From the IMG/VR virus record IMGVR_UViG_2698536646_000014: a stretch of DNA of 40,176 nucleotides, one strand, 5' to 3'. Numbering within the stretch: position 1 is the first letter of the stretch; every line of letters begins with the position of its first letter. This stretch comes from a virus. Taxonomy: Duplodnaviria > Heunggongvirae > Uroviricota > Caudoviricetes. The notes under the pieces are model-generated. The model was not told where the DNA came from. It did not search any database and saw only the letters and a program-made list of their open reading frames with translations. This document shows positions 30,409 through 38,645 of this stretch, in pieces. The position numbers and the translations under genes were made by a program.

Positions 30409-30798
30409 TCAGGCGGCTGCACCCGCCGGTTTCTCATACTTACTGATAGTGATCTCGACCTTCCCTTTCTGGATAACCGGTCCCCACTCCACCAGCATTC
30501 TTTTCACCTGGCTGTCGTCTTCCCACACCCCCGCGTGGGTCAGGGCGTCAAACAGCGCCTTGTTATAGTTGTCCAGATCGCGGATCCGGTTATCCGGAGG
30601 AAACAACACGATCTCCACTGAAGCAGGTGCCGACGTTGGTTTTGGCAGACGACGTAACTGCTCAACTATTGCTGCGCACGCCGCGCTCTGAAATTTTCGC
30701 CCCGCCGCGCTTATCAGGCTCTTACCAGCAAATGCCCCTTTGTTGGGGTGTCGCCAGTACGTGTTCACGCTGGGCGGGAAAGGCAGGATCAGCTTCAT
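30409..30798 (-). CDS. rusA: Holliday junction resolvase RusA
   Basis: 129-aa ORF with PPSVNTYWRH and RDLDNYNKALFDALTHAGVWEDD motifs, like DLP12 RusA (PPSNNRYYRH, RRDLDNLQKAAFDAL). Confidence 0.85.
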   Translation of the reverse strand: MKLILPFPPSVNTYWRHPNKGAFAGKSLISAAGRKFQSAACAAIVEQLRRLPKPTSAPASVEIVLFPPDNRIRDLDNYNKALFDALTHAGVWEDDSQVKRMLVEWGPVIQKGKVEITISKYEKPAGAAA

Positions 30799-31121
30799 AC
30801 TTTCAGGCCTCTCTCATGTAACCAGTGGGTTGCACGCAGCCTGGCGTTTTCCTCACCGGCAAGCAGTGAGCGGATAATCCCGACCGCCTCGCTGTCGTCG
30901 TCCTTCACCGCGGTATGAAGAGTGATACCCCGGGCCATGCCACGCTTTATCGTGATGACGCCTTTTTTCTCCAGTGCGCGAAGATGTTCCACCGCTGCAT
31001 TCACTGAACGGTATCCCAGCATGGTTGCCACCTCCTGATTGGTTGGCGGGAAGCCACGTTCTTTCTGGTAAGAAATCAGCATATCCAGCACCTGCTGCTG
31101 GCATTGAGTTAACGTCGTCAT
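30795..31121 (-). CDS. LexA N-terminal DNA-binding-domain homologue lacking the S24 peptidase domain
   Basis: 108-aa ORF: ...LTQCQQQVLDMLISYQKERGFPPTNQEVATMLGYRSVNAAVEHLRALEKKGVITIKRG..., versus LexA ...[55 protein letters not shown]. ATGA overlaps on both sides. Confidence 0.65.
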   Translation of the reverse strand: MTTLTQCQQQVLDMLISYQKERGFPPTNQEVATMLGYRSVNAAVEHLRALEKKGVITIKRGMARGITLHTAVKDDDSEAVGIIRSLLAGEENARLRATHWLHERGLKV

Positions 31122-31771
31122 GCCGCCATCTCCCTGACCAGTTTTTCCGCCTGCTGGCGAACCTGCGCCAGAAACGCCTCACCACATGCCTCAAGTTCAT
31201 CGCGCCCGATGTAGCTGATTGCCGGTCCCTTCCAGGTCTTGTCGAAAACAGCAATAGCACCAGCGAAGAAAGCGCCTGTCGGCACCTGCTTCTCGTCCTT
31301 CGGGATAAACCAGGCAGGCAGTTCAAAACCAATACGCCCGCGAATAAAAGCAATATGATCTGCATCTTCCGGCCACCACACTTCGCTGGTGGCAGCTTTG
31401 ATCAGGAAAACATAGCGTCCGCCCTTATCACGCATGGCACTGGCATGTTTCATGATGTAACGCATGCCGGTGATGTATTGCCCTTCATGCTGACTGGCGC
31501 GGCTGTACGGGGGATTACCAAAGGCAGCACCTTTAAGCTCCGCAAGACGTTCAGACCAGTCATGCGCCAGCGCGTTGTCTTCCGCAGTGTAATAAGCGGC
31601 ACATTTGGCGTTATCACCATCAGTGAACAGATCCAGAACAAACGGGCCAAACAGGGTGTTAATTCCCCAGAAAATGTTATCCGGCGTGCGCCACTGATCG
31701 CCCACTTCCTTCAGTTCATGGGCTGGTTTGTTCCGCAGCTCCACCAGCGCCTGGCAATATTTATTACTCAT
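31118..31771 (-). CDS. phage Dam-family N6-adenine DNA methyltransferase
   Basis: About 217-aa ORF with NPPYS motif (AAFGNPPYSRA); nin-region position typical of small phage Dam methylases. Confidence 0.7.
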   Translation of the reverse strand: MSNKYCQALVELRNKPAHELKEVGDQWRTPDNIFWGINTLFGPFVLDLFTDGDNAKCAAYYTAEDNALAHDWSERLAELKGAAFGNPPYSRASQHEGQYITGMRYIMKHASAMRDKGGRYVFLIKAATSEVWWPEDADHIAFIRGRIGFELPAWFIPKDEKQVPTGAFFAGAIAVFDKTWKGPAISYIGRDELEACGEAFLAQVRQQAEKLVREMAA

Positions 31772-32259
31772 TAAGCCCCCACGTAATTCCCTGACAGATA
31801 CCACTCTTCACCCGATGCAGCGCGCTTGCTGCTTTTCCGTAAGCACCGCTCACGACGCGCCAGAAAATTGTTTCGTTCTGGCTGGGAGTGGCTTTCACGG
31901 AATGCCGCCATCCACACCGTTGCAGCACGACGGTATAAGCCCCTGGACTCCAGTTCTTCCGCCTGGCGGGTCAGGCACAAAATCACCCGGGGATCGTTAG
32001 TGCCGACATAGAAATTGCGCACAGGTCTGGTTTCACGAACTGGTTGTGGTTCCGGCTCCTGCGCTCTCTCAGTCAGGCGTGGGAAATGTCTGCGTGTATC
32101 TCCTTCATAACGGTGAGCCACACGCCCACTCTGACGTAACTTGCTTGCTGACTGCAGAACGCGCTGCCGTGAGTAACCTGCAAAAGCATCCGCAATGTCT
32201 CCGGAAGTACACCCCGGATGGGCTTCAATGAATTTCTGAACTTCATTCAAAAGACTCAT
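31771..32259 (-). CDS. hypothetical protein (possible N-terminal winged-helix regulator)
   Basis: About 163-aa ORF; start ATG preceded by AGGGGGTG; no recognisable catalytic motif. Confidence 0.4.
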   Translation of the reverse strand: MSLLNEVQKFIEAHPGCTSGDIADAFAGYSRQRVLQSASKLRQSGRVAHRYEGDTRRHFPRLTERAQEPEPQPVRETRPVRNFYVGTNDPRVILCLTRQAEELESRGLYRRAATVWMAAFRESHSQPERNNFLARRERCLRKSSKRAASGEEWYLSGNYVGA

Positions 32260-32261
32260 GA

Positions 32262-33080
32262 TCACCCCCTGAATCCTGCCGGGATCTGGCTGTAGTCCAC
32301 GTTGTCGTAACTGGCTTTGAAGTACGGGTCCTCGCGTCTGGCTGCAGATACCGCAGGAACTTCCCAGAATTCTTCGAAATGACGATCCGGACCAAAGAAC
32401 GTGACAGCCTGTTTCACAAATTGTGTGCCGCTGTTACCCATCGCAGATACCCATCCCGCGTAGCGTTTCACACCTTCCAGCATGGTTTCGGGGTTTACTC
32501 CCTCATTCAAACGGGCTTTCCAGGCTTTGAAGGCTGCAGATTTTGAATTGCCACCAGCACGTTTGGGATATGCCAGCCATGCCTGCTCAAACTCCGGAGA
32601 GTATTCCGGTCGGTTTGAACGAACTCGCACGGACTCATCAACTGATGCACCAACAGCTATTGGTTCATTGACTGGTTCTTTGACTGGTTCAAAAGAGTGA
32701 CTGGTTCTGGGTGAATCTCCTGCACTACCCCCTGGTGCAACTCCTGCACTACCTGGTGAATTTGCTGCACCAGATAGTGAATTATTTGCACTACCCCCTA
32801 GTGAATCTCCTGCACCATCCAGATGAAGGAGATAGATATTACTTGAGTTACCTTTTTCACCTTTCCGGGTGACTTTTTTTACCAGCCCGGACTCACAAAG
32901 GGCCGCAATATGATTCATCACAGAACGTTTGCTAATTTCGCACTGGTCAGCAATATGCTGGTAGCTGGGCCAGCACTCACCCTGATCGCTGGCATTATCA
33001 GCCAGCTTGATCAGAACCAGTTTTCGCAATGGATTACCCACTCGAATTTTCATCGCTTTAACCATCAGCTCCATACTCAT
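32262..33080 (-). CDS. replication initiator, lambda O-like (N-terminal wHTH, internal iterons)
   Basis: N-terminal HTH region (KIRVGNPLRKLVLIKLADNASDQGECWPSYQHIADQCEISKRSVMNHIAALCESGLV), Gly/Ser/Ala-rich linker encoded by a DNA repeat array, GGAGGTG RBS. Confidence 0.6.
   Translation of the reverse strand: MSMELMVKAMKIRVGNPLRKLVLIKLADNASDQGECWPSYQHIADQCEISKRSVMNHIAALCESGLVKKVTRKGEKGNSSNIYLLHLDGAGDSLGGSANNSLSGAANSPGSAGVAPGGSAGDSPRTSHSFEPVKEPVNEPIAVGASVDESVRVRSNRPEYSPEFEQAWLAYPKRAGGNSKSAAFKAWKARLNEGVNPETMLEGVKRYAGWVSAMGNSGTQFVKQAVTFFGPDRHFEEFWEVPAVSAARREDPYFKASYDNVDYSQIPAGFRG
32660..32860. repeat. iteron-like direct repeats plus adjacent AT-rich stretch inside the initiator gene (candidate ori)
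   Basis: Repeated units tgactggttc (x3), gtgaatctcctgcac (x2), tgcactaccccct (x2), followed by agatgaaggagatagatattacttgag; same architecture as lambda ori within O. Coordinates approximate. Confidence 0.55.
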
Positions 33081-33313
33081 GCTGCACCTCCGAGATGCTT
33101 CATGTTTTTTCCGGAGCGAAAGGCTATAAGCGGCATACTGACGCGGTAATTACGGCCCAGCGGTTCACAAATCACCTTCTGGCATTCACGGTCAACCAGG
33201 CTAACACGTAGAACATGCCCTGCAGGCGTGGTGTACCACTGCCCAACTGTAGGAATTGATATTTTTTTACGCTGAAGCAAACGGCAAATATTGAGGATCA
33301 ACGGATTAAGCAT
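33077..33313 (-). CDS. hypothetical small protein
   Basis: 78-aa ORF with ATG start overlapping the upstream gene stop by 8 nt (ATGCTTAA); ends 1 nt into the initiator start. Confidence 0.4.
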   Translation of the reverse strand: MLNPLILNICRLLQRKKISIPTVGQWYTTPAGHVLRVSLVDRECQKVICEPLGRNYRVSMPLIAFRSGKNMKHLGGAA

Positions 33314-34142
33314 GACGATGCCCTCCGCTGATATTCAGGAGACGGTGAATATGAAAATTAGCCTTATCCGCCAGACGAATACGTTCAGCTTGCAAGTTAA
33401 GAAGGGTTTCTACCAGAACCTGATGTGCCTGCGGATCCGAAAGAGTTACCTTGCGCAGAGCACGTAGTGCAGTTGTTACATAACTGAGTTTATGTAAGTC
33501 TTCATCATTCAGACGAGTGAGGGCTGGGACAGTAGCCATGATGGCAGCCTCCTTGATCGGTGAAATACTTCCACCACCGGAAACGCCAATTTCGCTGGTG
33601 GTGAACTGAACGGGGTTGGCGTAACCGGTGATCAAGGAAACCGGCGCATCTTTCGATGCCCCCGCCCAGCCCACCATAACTTTGATGTGAGCAAATGCGG
33701 ACGATAAAAAAGACGCTGGCGCGTCATATATCGCCTTGATCAATTCCAGGACGCCAATCCCGGCACCCGCTTTATAAGGTGCCTGAACAGTGTAACGTCC
33801 CGGAATGGCAGAATCAATGTGCTGGTGGTCCTTCACACTCAACAAAATCACGCCTGAATTTCCACAAAGGACTAAAGCACTCATGCGGGTAGTCTTTGCG
33901 AAGATAGATAACGCGCTGTGTTTCTGGCTCCCAACGAATAACATGAACATAAAGTCCTCTTCCGTCACGAAACCAGCGGTTAAGTTCCTGCACAACTCGC
34001 CCCCCACAGTCAGGTAAAGTTCTCTGTGGTTACTTACAGCCAGGTGATTTGGTAATCTGCATTCATGCCGTAACAACAGGTGTTCAGCGACGCTGACCAC
34101 CAGCTGTTGCGACAAACGGTTATTTGCCGTTAAACTGTTCAT
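33306..34142 (-). CDS. hypothetical early-operon protein
   Basis: 278-aa ORF; ATGA overlap with the upstream YdaT-like gene; no family recognised. Confidence 0.45.
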   Translation of the reverse strand: MNSLTANNRLSQQLVVSVAEHLLLRHECRLPNHLAVSNHRELYLTVGGELCRNLTAGFVTEEDFMFMLFVGSQKHSALSIFAKTTRMSALVLCGNSGVILLSVKDHQHIDSAIPGRYTVQAPYKAGAGIGVLELIKAIYDAPASFLSSAFAHIKVMVGWAGASKDAPVSLITGYANPVQFTTSEIGVSGGGSISPIKEAAIMATVPALTRLNDEDLHKLSYVTTALRALRKVTLSDPQAHQVLVETLLNLQAERIRLADKANFHIHRLLNISGGHRHA

Positions 34143-34702
34143 GCGTTAGTTTCTCCACAGACACAAAACGCCACGACGCCCGGAGCTGCACACTCGCGGG
34201 CGTCACTCTTTTCTGGAGCGCAAAAGATTTTGTAGACCAGTGCTGCATGCTCCTGGAGCTTCGAAATTGACAGATACAACTCATCATTAATTGCTGTCTG
34301 CTCGTGTGGCTCCACTACCCCATCTTCGATTGCCGAACGAATCTGCTTTGAGTAACTCCCGATCTGTTCGATGACTTCCAGCAGGCGCTGGTTTATATCG
34401 GCGTTCTCTACTTCCTCAATTTCAGGAAGCGATACAAACACCCCACCAGCAGACTGTGCGACAGCATCCGCAATGTAGTGAGTGCCAGCCGCGCGCTGTA
34501 AAATCATTGCCCATCCCAGCGGGAAAATCTGATCGCCATCTGCACGAAGGCGGTTGAATAAAGCGTTCTCTGTTACATCCAGCCACTCAGCAGCTTCAGC
34601 GTAACCCCCCGGCAACGCCGCGATAGTTTTTCTGACAGCTTTCACGTACCACTCAGGCTGTTTTTCTACTTTCCAGTGATGCTTACCCACGGTTAGCCTC
34701 AT
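34139..34702 (-). CDS. early regulatory protein (putative CII-like / YdaT-family)
   Basis: 187-aa ORF directly downstream of the cro-like gene; family assignment by position and vague resemblance only. Confidence 0.35.
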   Translation of the reverse strand: MRLTVGKHHWKVEKQPEWYVKAVRKTIAALPGGYAEAAEWLDVTENALFNRLRADGDQIFPLGWAMILQRAAGTHYIADAVAQSAGGVFVSLPEIEEVENADINQRLLEVIEQIGSYSKQIRSAIEDGVVEPHEQTAINDELYLSISKLQEHAALVYKIFCAPEKSDARECAAPGVVAFCVCGETNA

Positions 34703-34733
34703 CGTTCTGTGGTTAAAAATTGAAGGTGTTCTG

Positions 34734-34934
34734 TTAATCTTTCGGATAGATATCCGGTCTTAAGTCAGATTTCGTAATTGCACCTGACGTGCATTGCTCA
34801 AGTTTTTTAGCCAGCACAAAACTGGCTTTTTTATAACCATTGAAAACCAGCCGTAAGTAGCCTGGTGTTGAGCCAACTTTTCCGGCCAACTCACCCTGCT
34901 GTTCTTTGGTTAAAGAGTCCCAATACGCTTTCAT
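34734..34934 (-). CDS. Cro-like HTH repressor (YdaS-like)
   Basis: 66-aa product MKAYWDSLTKEQQGELAGKVGSTPGYLRLVFNGYKK...SDLRPDIY; divergent from the CI-like gene; GGAGGT RBS. Track start at 35237 is implausible because it overlaps cI. Confidence 0.65.
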   Translation of the reverse strand: MKAYWDSLTKEQQGELAGKVGSTPGYLRLVFNGYKKASFVLAKKLEQCTSGAITKSDLRPDIYPKD

Positions 34935-35024
34935 ACAATATGTACCTCCGGTATACATATTACATGATTGAGATGAACCTTCAAGATACTTGTACCTTAT
35001 CGGTACAAAGGTTTTAATTTCTTT
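34935..35024. promoter_or_regulatory. immunity-region divergent promoter/operator region (OR-like)
   Basis: Palindromes TTGTACCTTATCGGTACAA (about 34990-35008) and ATGTACCTCCGGTATACAT (about 34940-34958); minus-strand PR-like TTGAAG - 16 bp - TAATAT; cI ATG almost leaderless. Confidence 0.6.
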
Positions 35025-35699
35025 ATGAAAACAGTCCATGACATCCGGCGGTCTAACGCCAGAAAACTGAGAGATGGTGTTGGCGGGAATTCTTCCTTTG
35101 CCACCATGATTGATCGCGAGCCAACCCAGACCAGCAGGTTTATGGGAGATGGTGCAACTAAAAATATCGGTGACAGCATGGCACGGCACATCGAAAAATG
35201 TTTCGACCTGCCTGTCGGATGGCTTGATCAAGAACACCAGACAACGAACATCACAAAAAAACCTGACGTTTCAATCACTAACAAACAAATAACGTTAGTC
35301 CCTGTCATATCATGGGTACAGGCCGGAGCATGGAAAGAAGTTGGCTATTCTGAGGTTGATTTGAGCACAGCAGAAACTTATCCCTGCCCTGTACCCTGTG
35401 GCGAAATGACTTATATCTTGCGGGTGATTGGTGATTCAATGATTGATGAGTACCGCCCGGGAGACATGATTTTTGTTGATCCTGAAGTCCCTGCCTGCCA
35501 CGGTGACGACGTTATTGCATTGATGCACGATACAGGCGAAACCACCTTCAAGCGGTTGATAGAAGATGGAACACAGCGTTATCTCAAAGCATTAAACCCA
35601 AACTGGCCTGAGCCTTACATTAAGATTAACGGTAATTGCTCTATAATTGGTACAGTGATTTTCTCAGGAAAACCAAGAAGATACATAATAAAGGCCTAA
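35025..35699 (+). CDS. CI-type prophage repressor (N-terminal HTH, C-terminal S24 LexA-like peptidase)
   Basis: 224-aa ORF with C-terminal autocleavage domain: GDSM serine motif and downstream lysine (TFKRL), PGD turn. Confidence 0.85.
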   Translation: MKTVHDIRRSNARKLRDGVGGNSSFATMIDREPTQTSRFMGDGATKNIGDSMARHIEKCFDLPVGWLDQEHQTTNITKKPDVSITNKQITLVPVISWVQAGAWKEVGYSEVDLSTAETYPCPVPCGEMTYILRVIGDSMIDEYRPGDMIFVDPEVPACHGDDVIALMHDTGETTFKRLIEDGTQRYLKALNPNWPEPYIKINGNCSIIGTVIFSGKPRRYIIKA

Positions 35700-35710
35700 T
35701 CAATATTTAT

Positions 35711-35735
35711 AACCTGCTTCGGCAGGTTTTTTTAT
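35711..35735 (+). terminator. intrinsic terminator after the cI-like gene
   Basis: acctgc-ttcg-gcaggt followed by TTTTTTT. Confidence 0.75.
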
Positions 35736-35737
35736 AC

Positions 35738-35766
35738 TTGACAATGTACCTTTGGGATACATAATG
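35738..35766 (+). promoter_or_regulatory. pL-like early-left promoter with embedded operator
   Basis: TTGACA - 17 bp - ATAATG; the spacer contains ATGTACCTTTGGGATACAT, same half-site as the OR palindromes. Confidence 0.65.
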
Positions 35767-36201
35767 TATCTAAAAGAAACACAGCACAGGCAAGATTAAA
35801 CAAAATTTGGTTGTAACACGGCGTATGGCACATGCGTCGTTAGCGGTCTGGGGACGTTAAAGGGGACAATCCACTCCTTGCTCGGGCAAACAAACCAGGT
35901 AGCCGGAATGTGCAAGTCAATGATGATGCTGATAAGACGCCTAACCAGCGTGGCGATTCGGTTTGACGCCTGGGAAGAGACCAGGGTGCAACGATGAGGA
36001 CATTTATGGAACCGCGACAAAGTGTGGTGCCGTAACTGGCTAAGTGCTCTCAGCGTTGTGGTGAATGCGCAGGCTGATGCGCGAAAGACATTGCAGCTAA
36101 TGCGGAAAAGAGCTGTTCGGCGGGGCAATTAAACGCCCGTGAGAGTCTGAAATAACCGCAAGCCGGAGATCAGCACCGGTCACCACAACAGCCACTGCTT
36201 T

Positions 36202-36247
36202 GGCGGTACCAGTTTGTACACTTGCTTCCGGCTGGTACCGCTCTTTT
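36202..36247 (+). terminator. strong hairpin plus T-run at the end of the untranslated leader
   Basis: 10-bp arms gcggtaccag / ctggtaccgc around a 19-nt loop, followed by CTCTTTTT. Coordinates approximate (1-2 bp). Confidence 0.55.
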
Positions 36248-36385
36248 TACAAAACAGAGAAGAGCATCACCGGACGACGGGCTCATAACCAAATCCATCC
36301 GGGCGGCTGCCACCGCAGGTGTTCTTCTCTGTTTTGTGGAGAAACCAACCGACCTTGCAGGGTCGATATGATTAGGAGCAGCAAA

Positions 36386-36748
36386 ATGGCTAGCGAACGC
36401 AGTACTGATGTGCAGGCATTTATTGGGGAGCTGGACGGCGGCGTATTTGAAACCAAAATCGGCGCAGTTCTCAGTGAAGTCGCTTCCGGTGTGATGAACA
36501 CGAAAACCAAAGGTAAGGTCTCACTCAACCTGGAAATCGAACCATTTGATGAGAACCGTGTGAAAATCAAACACAAACTCTCATATGTTCGCCCGACTAA
36601 CCGCGGGAAAATTTCCGAAGAAGACACCACCGAAACGCCGATGTATGTCAATCGCGGTGGTCGCCTGACTATTCTGCAGGAAGACCAGGGACAATTACTG
36701 ACTCTTGCCGGTGAACCTGACGGAAAACTCCGCGCAGCAGGTCATTAA
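36386..36748 (+). CDS. hypothetical protein, YfdP-like
   Basis: 120-aa ORF from the ATG preceded by AGGAG; upstream part of the track ORF runs through the terminator hairpin and is not coding. Confidence 0.55.
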   Translation: MASERSTDVQAFIGELDGGVFETKIGAVLSEVASGVMNTKTKGKVSLNLEIEPFDENRVKIKHKLSYVRPTNRGKISEEDTTETPMYVNRGGRLTILQEDQGQLLTLAGEPDGKLRAAGH

Positions 36749-36813
36749 TATCGTTCTTAATTAACCGATTATTTATCTCATCACTGAATATCTTTATATA
36801 GTGAGGACTTATT

Positions 36814-37638
36814 ATGTCTCAGAACTTAGACGCAACCGCAATTAATCAAATCCATGCCCTTATTTCTGCTCAGGGTGTTAATGAAATTATCAGTAAGATT
36901 GGTGCCGATGCTGTGGCATTGCCTGAGAATTTCCGCATTCATGATCTGGAAAAATTAAATTTAAATCGTTTCCGTTTCCGTGGTGCGCTTTCCACTGCCA
37001 GCATCGATGACTTTACTCGTTATTCTAAAGATCTTGCAGATGAAGGCACCCGCTGCTTTATCGATGCTGATAATATGCGTGCCGTCAGTGTTCTTAACCT
37101 GGGTACTATTGATGAACCAGGTCACGCAGATAACACCGCCACTCTCAAACTGAAAAAGACAGCTCCGTTCTCTGCTCTGTTGTCTGTTAATGGCGAGCGT
37201 AACTCCCAGAAGTCACTGGCAGAATGGATTGAAGACTGGGCCGACTACCTTGTGGGCTTTGATGCTAATGGTGACGCCATTCAGGCAACCAAAGCGGCTG
37301 CGGCGATCCGTAAAATCACAATTGAAGCGAACCAGACCGCTGATTTTGAAGATAATGACTTCAGCGGCAAACGCTCCCTGATGGAGTCTGTCGAAGCGAA
37401 GACCAAAGACATTATGCCAGTGGCATTTGAATTTAAATGCGTTCCGTTTGAAGGTCTGAAAGAACGTCCGTTTAAATTACGCCTCAGCATTATCACTGGC
37501 GATCGTCCTGTACTGGTTCTGCGCATTATTCAGCTGGAAGCGGTACAGGAAGAAATGGCTAACGAATTTCGTGATCTGCTTGTTGAGAAATTCAAAGACA
37601 GCAAAGTAGAAACCTTTATTGGTACTTTCACCGCCTGA
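36814..37638 (+). CDS. YfdQ-like protein (DUF2303)
   Basis: 274-aa ORF, same length as E. coli CPS-53 YfdQ as recalled; follows the YfdP-like gene. Confidence 0.55.
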   Translation: MSQNLDATAINQIHALISAQGVNEIISKIGADAVALPENFRIHDLEKLNLNRFRFRGALSTASIDDFTRYSKDLADEGTRCFIDADNMRAVSVLNLGTIDEPGHADNTATLKLKKTAPFSALLSVNGERNSQKSLAEWIEDWADYLVGFDANGDAIQATKAAAAIRKITIEANQTADFEDNDFSGKRSLMESVEAKTKDIMPVAFEFKCVPFEGLKERPFKLRLSIITGDRPVLVLRIIQLEAVQEEMANEFRDLLVEKFKDSKVETFIGTFTA

Positions 37639-37649
37639 TTTCATTACTG

Positions 37650-37673
37650 CAAATGCCCCTGCGGGGGCATTTA
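37650..37673 (+). terminator. terminator-like hairpin after the YfdQ-like gene
   Basis: tgcccc-tgcg-ggggca followed by TTTA; weak U-tract. Confidence 0.45.
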
Positions 37674-37814
37674 CGGAAGCGATAATTTTAACTATTGCCG
37701 CCCCTATAAAGAACCATTAAACAATAACGTGACGTAGCTATTGATAGTAAATGAAGCACTTGCAAAATAATTGCATTGCGTATATATACACACATGTGTT
37801 GTATTACAGCGATA

Positions 37815-38609
37815 ATGGTAAAGCAAATGATTAACTCTGAAGCAATTGAGCAACTAATGTGGCTATGGTCCTTATTTGACATTAAATTCTTATCTATTCT
37901 TGCCGCTGCCTTCACTATATATTTTGGCGTGCAAAAAATATCAAAAAAGGTGACAGTGTCGTATTCAGCAAATGCAAGTAGAATATATGACATGCATATA
38001 TCAACCATAATCCTGAATAATAAAAGAGATAATGCAATTGCTATATCTTCAATCAATATGGAGGTTGAAGGTAAAGGGATACTACAAGTTATTAAATTTG
38101 ACTCCCCTCTTCTTTTAAAGAACTATGATTCTTTAAAAGTTGAACCACCAAAATTTAGCAGCCTTTACAATAATGATGGCGTAGTTAAGTTAGATATTTC
38201 TGATAAGTTTCATTTTTATATAATCACGACATCTGGAGATGAAATTAAATGTATTTCTGAAAATAAATATGTAGCACCAAACATGGAAAACAAAATAGCT
38301 ACAGACATAAGAAAATTTAATGGCATTGTCTTAACAAACAGAATGTCTTATATTTTTTTCTATGCAAATGACAACGGAGAGAAATACTGCATAATAGATG
38401 TTTCATTGTTCATAAATGGTGACAACCCATTTCATTTTAATTTTTTAAAAGAAGATGAATTAAGAGATTTTTCTAGCATCCTTATTAGTTACGGATATCA
38501 CCAACAGTTTAAAAGTTATGCATTGTTTAAAATAGACAACCATCTTGCTCCTTCTTTGGTTTTAAATAAATCAATGATAGAAAATAATATTATTGAAATG
38601 AATAAGTAA
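37815..38609 (+). CDS. AT-rich gene for an N-terminally membrane-anchored protein of unknown function (candidate exclusion/abortive-infection protein)
   Basis: About 264 aa; one N-terminal hydrophobic helix (LMWLWSLFDIKFLSILAAAFTIYFGV); Asn/Lys/Ile-rich; very low GC versus neighbours; own promoter-like TTGCAA - about 17 bp - TATATA (about 37760-37788). Start 37815 or 37827. Confidence 0.6.
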   Translation: MVKQMINSEAIEQLMWLWSLFDIKFLSILAAAFTIYFGVQKISKKVTVSYSANASRIYDMHISTIILNNKRDNAIAISSINMEVEGKGILQVIKFDSPLLLKNYDSLKVEPPKFSSLYNNDGVVKLDISDKFHFYIITTSGDEIKCISENKYVAPNMENKIATDIRKFNGIVLTNRMSYIFFYANDNGEKYCIIDVSLFINGDNPFHFNFLKEDELRDFSSILISYGYHQQFKSYALFKIDNHLAPSLVLNKSMIENNIIEMNK

Positions 38610-38645
38610 CTCACCGGGTGCAGCCGGTTATGATGGAGAAATGAT

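Noticed and set aside
30853-31774. 170-aa minus-strand and 266-aa plus-strand ORFs overlapping the LexA-like and Dam-like genes
   Set aside because: Out of frame or antisense to ORFs with clear motifs (NPPY, LexA-like) that are translationally coupled to neighbours.
35796-36128. 110-aa minus-strand ORF within the pL leader
   Set aside because: Begins at a non-ATG alternative codon, lies antisense to the pL transcript, and has Arg/Ser/Thr-rich low-complexity sequence.
37688-38056. 122-aa minus-strand ORF overlapping the AT-rich gene
   Set aside because: Antisense to a longer ORF with its own promoter; AT-rich DNA yields long open frames by chance.
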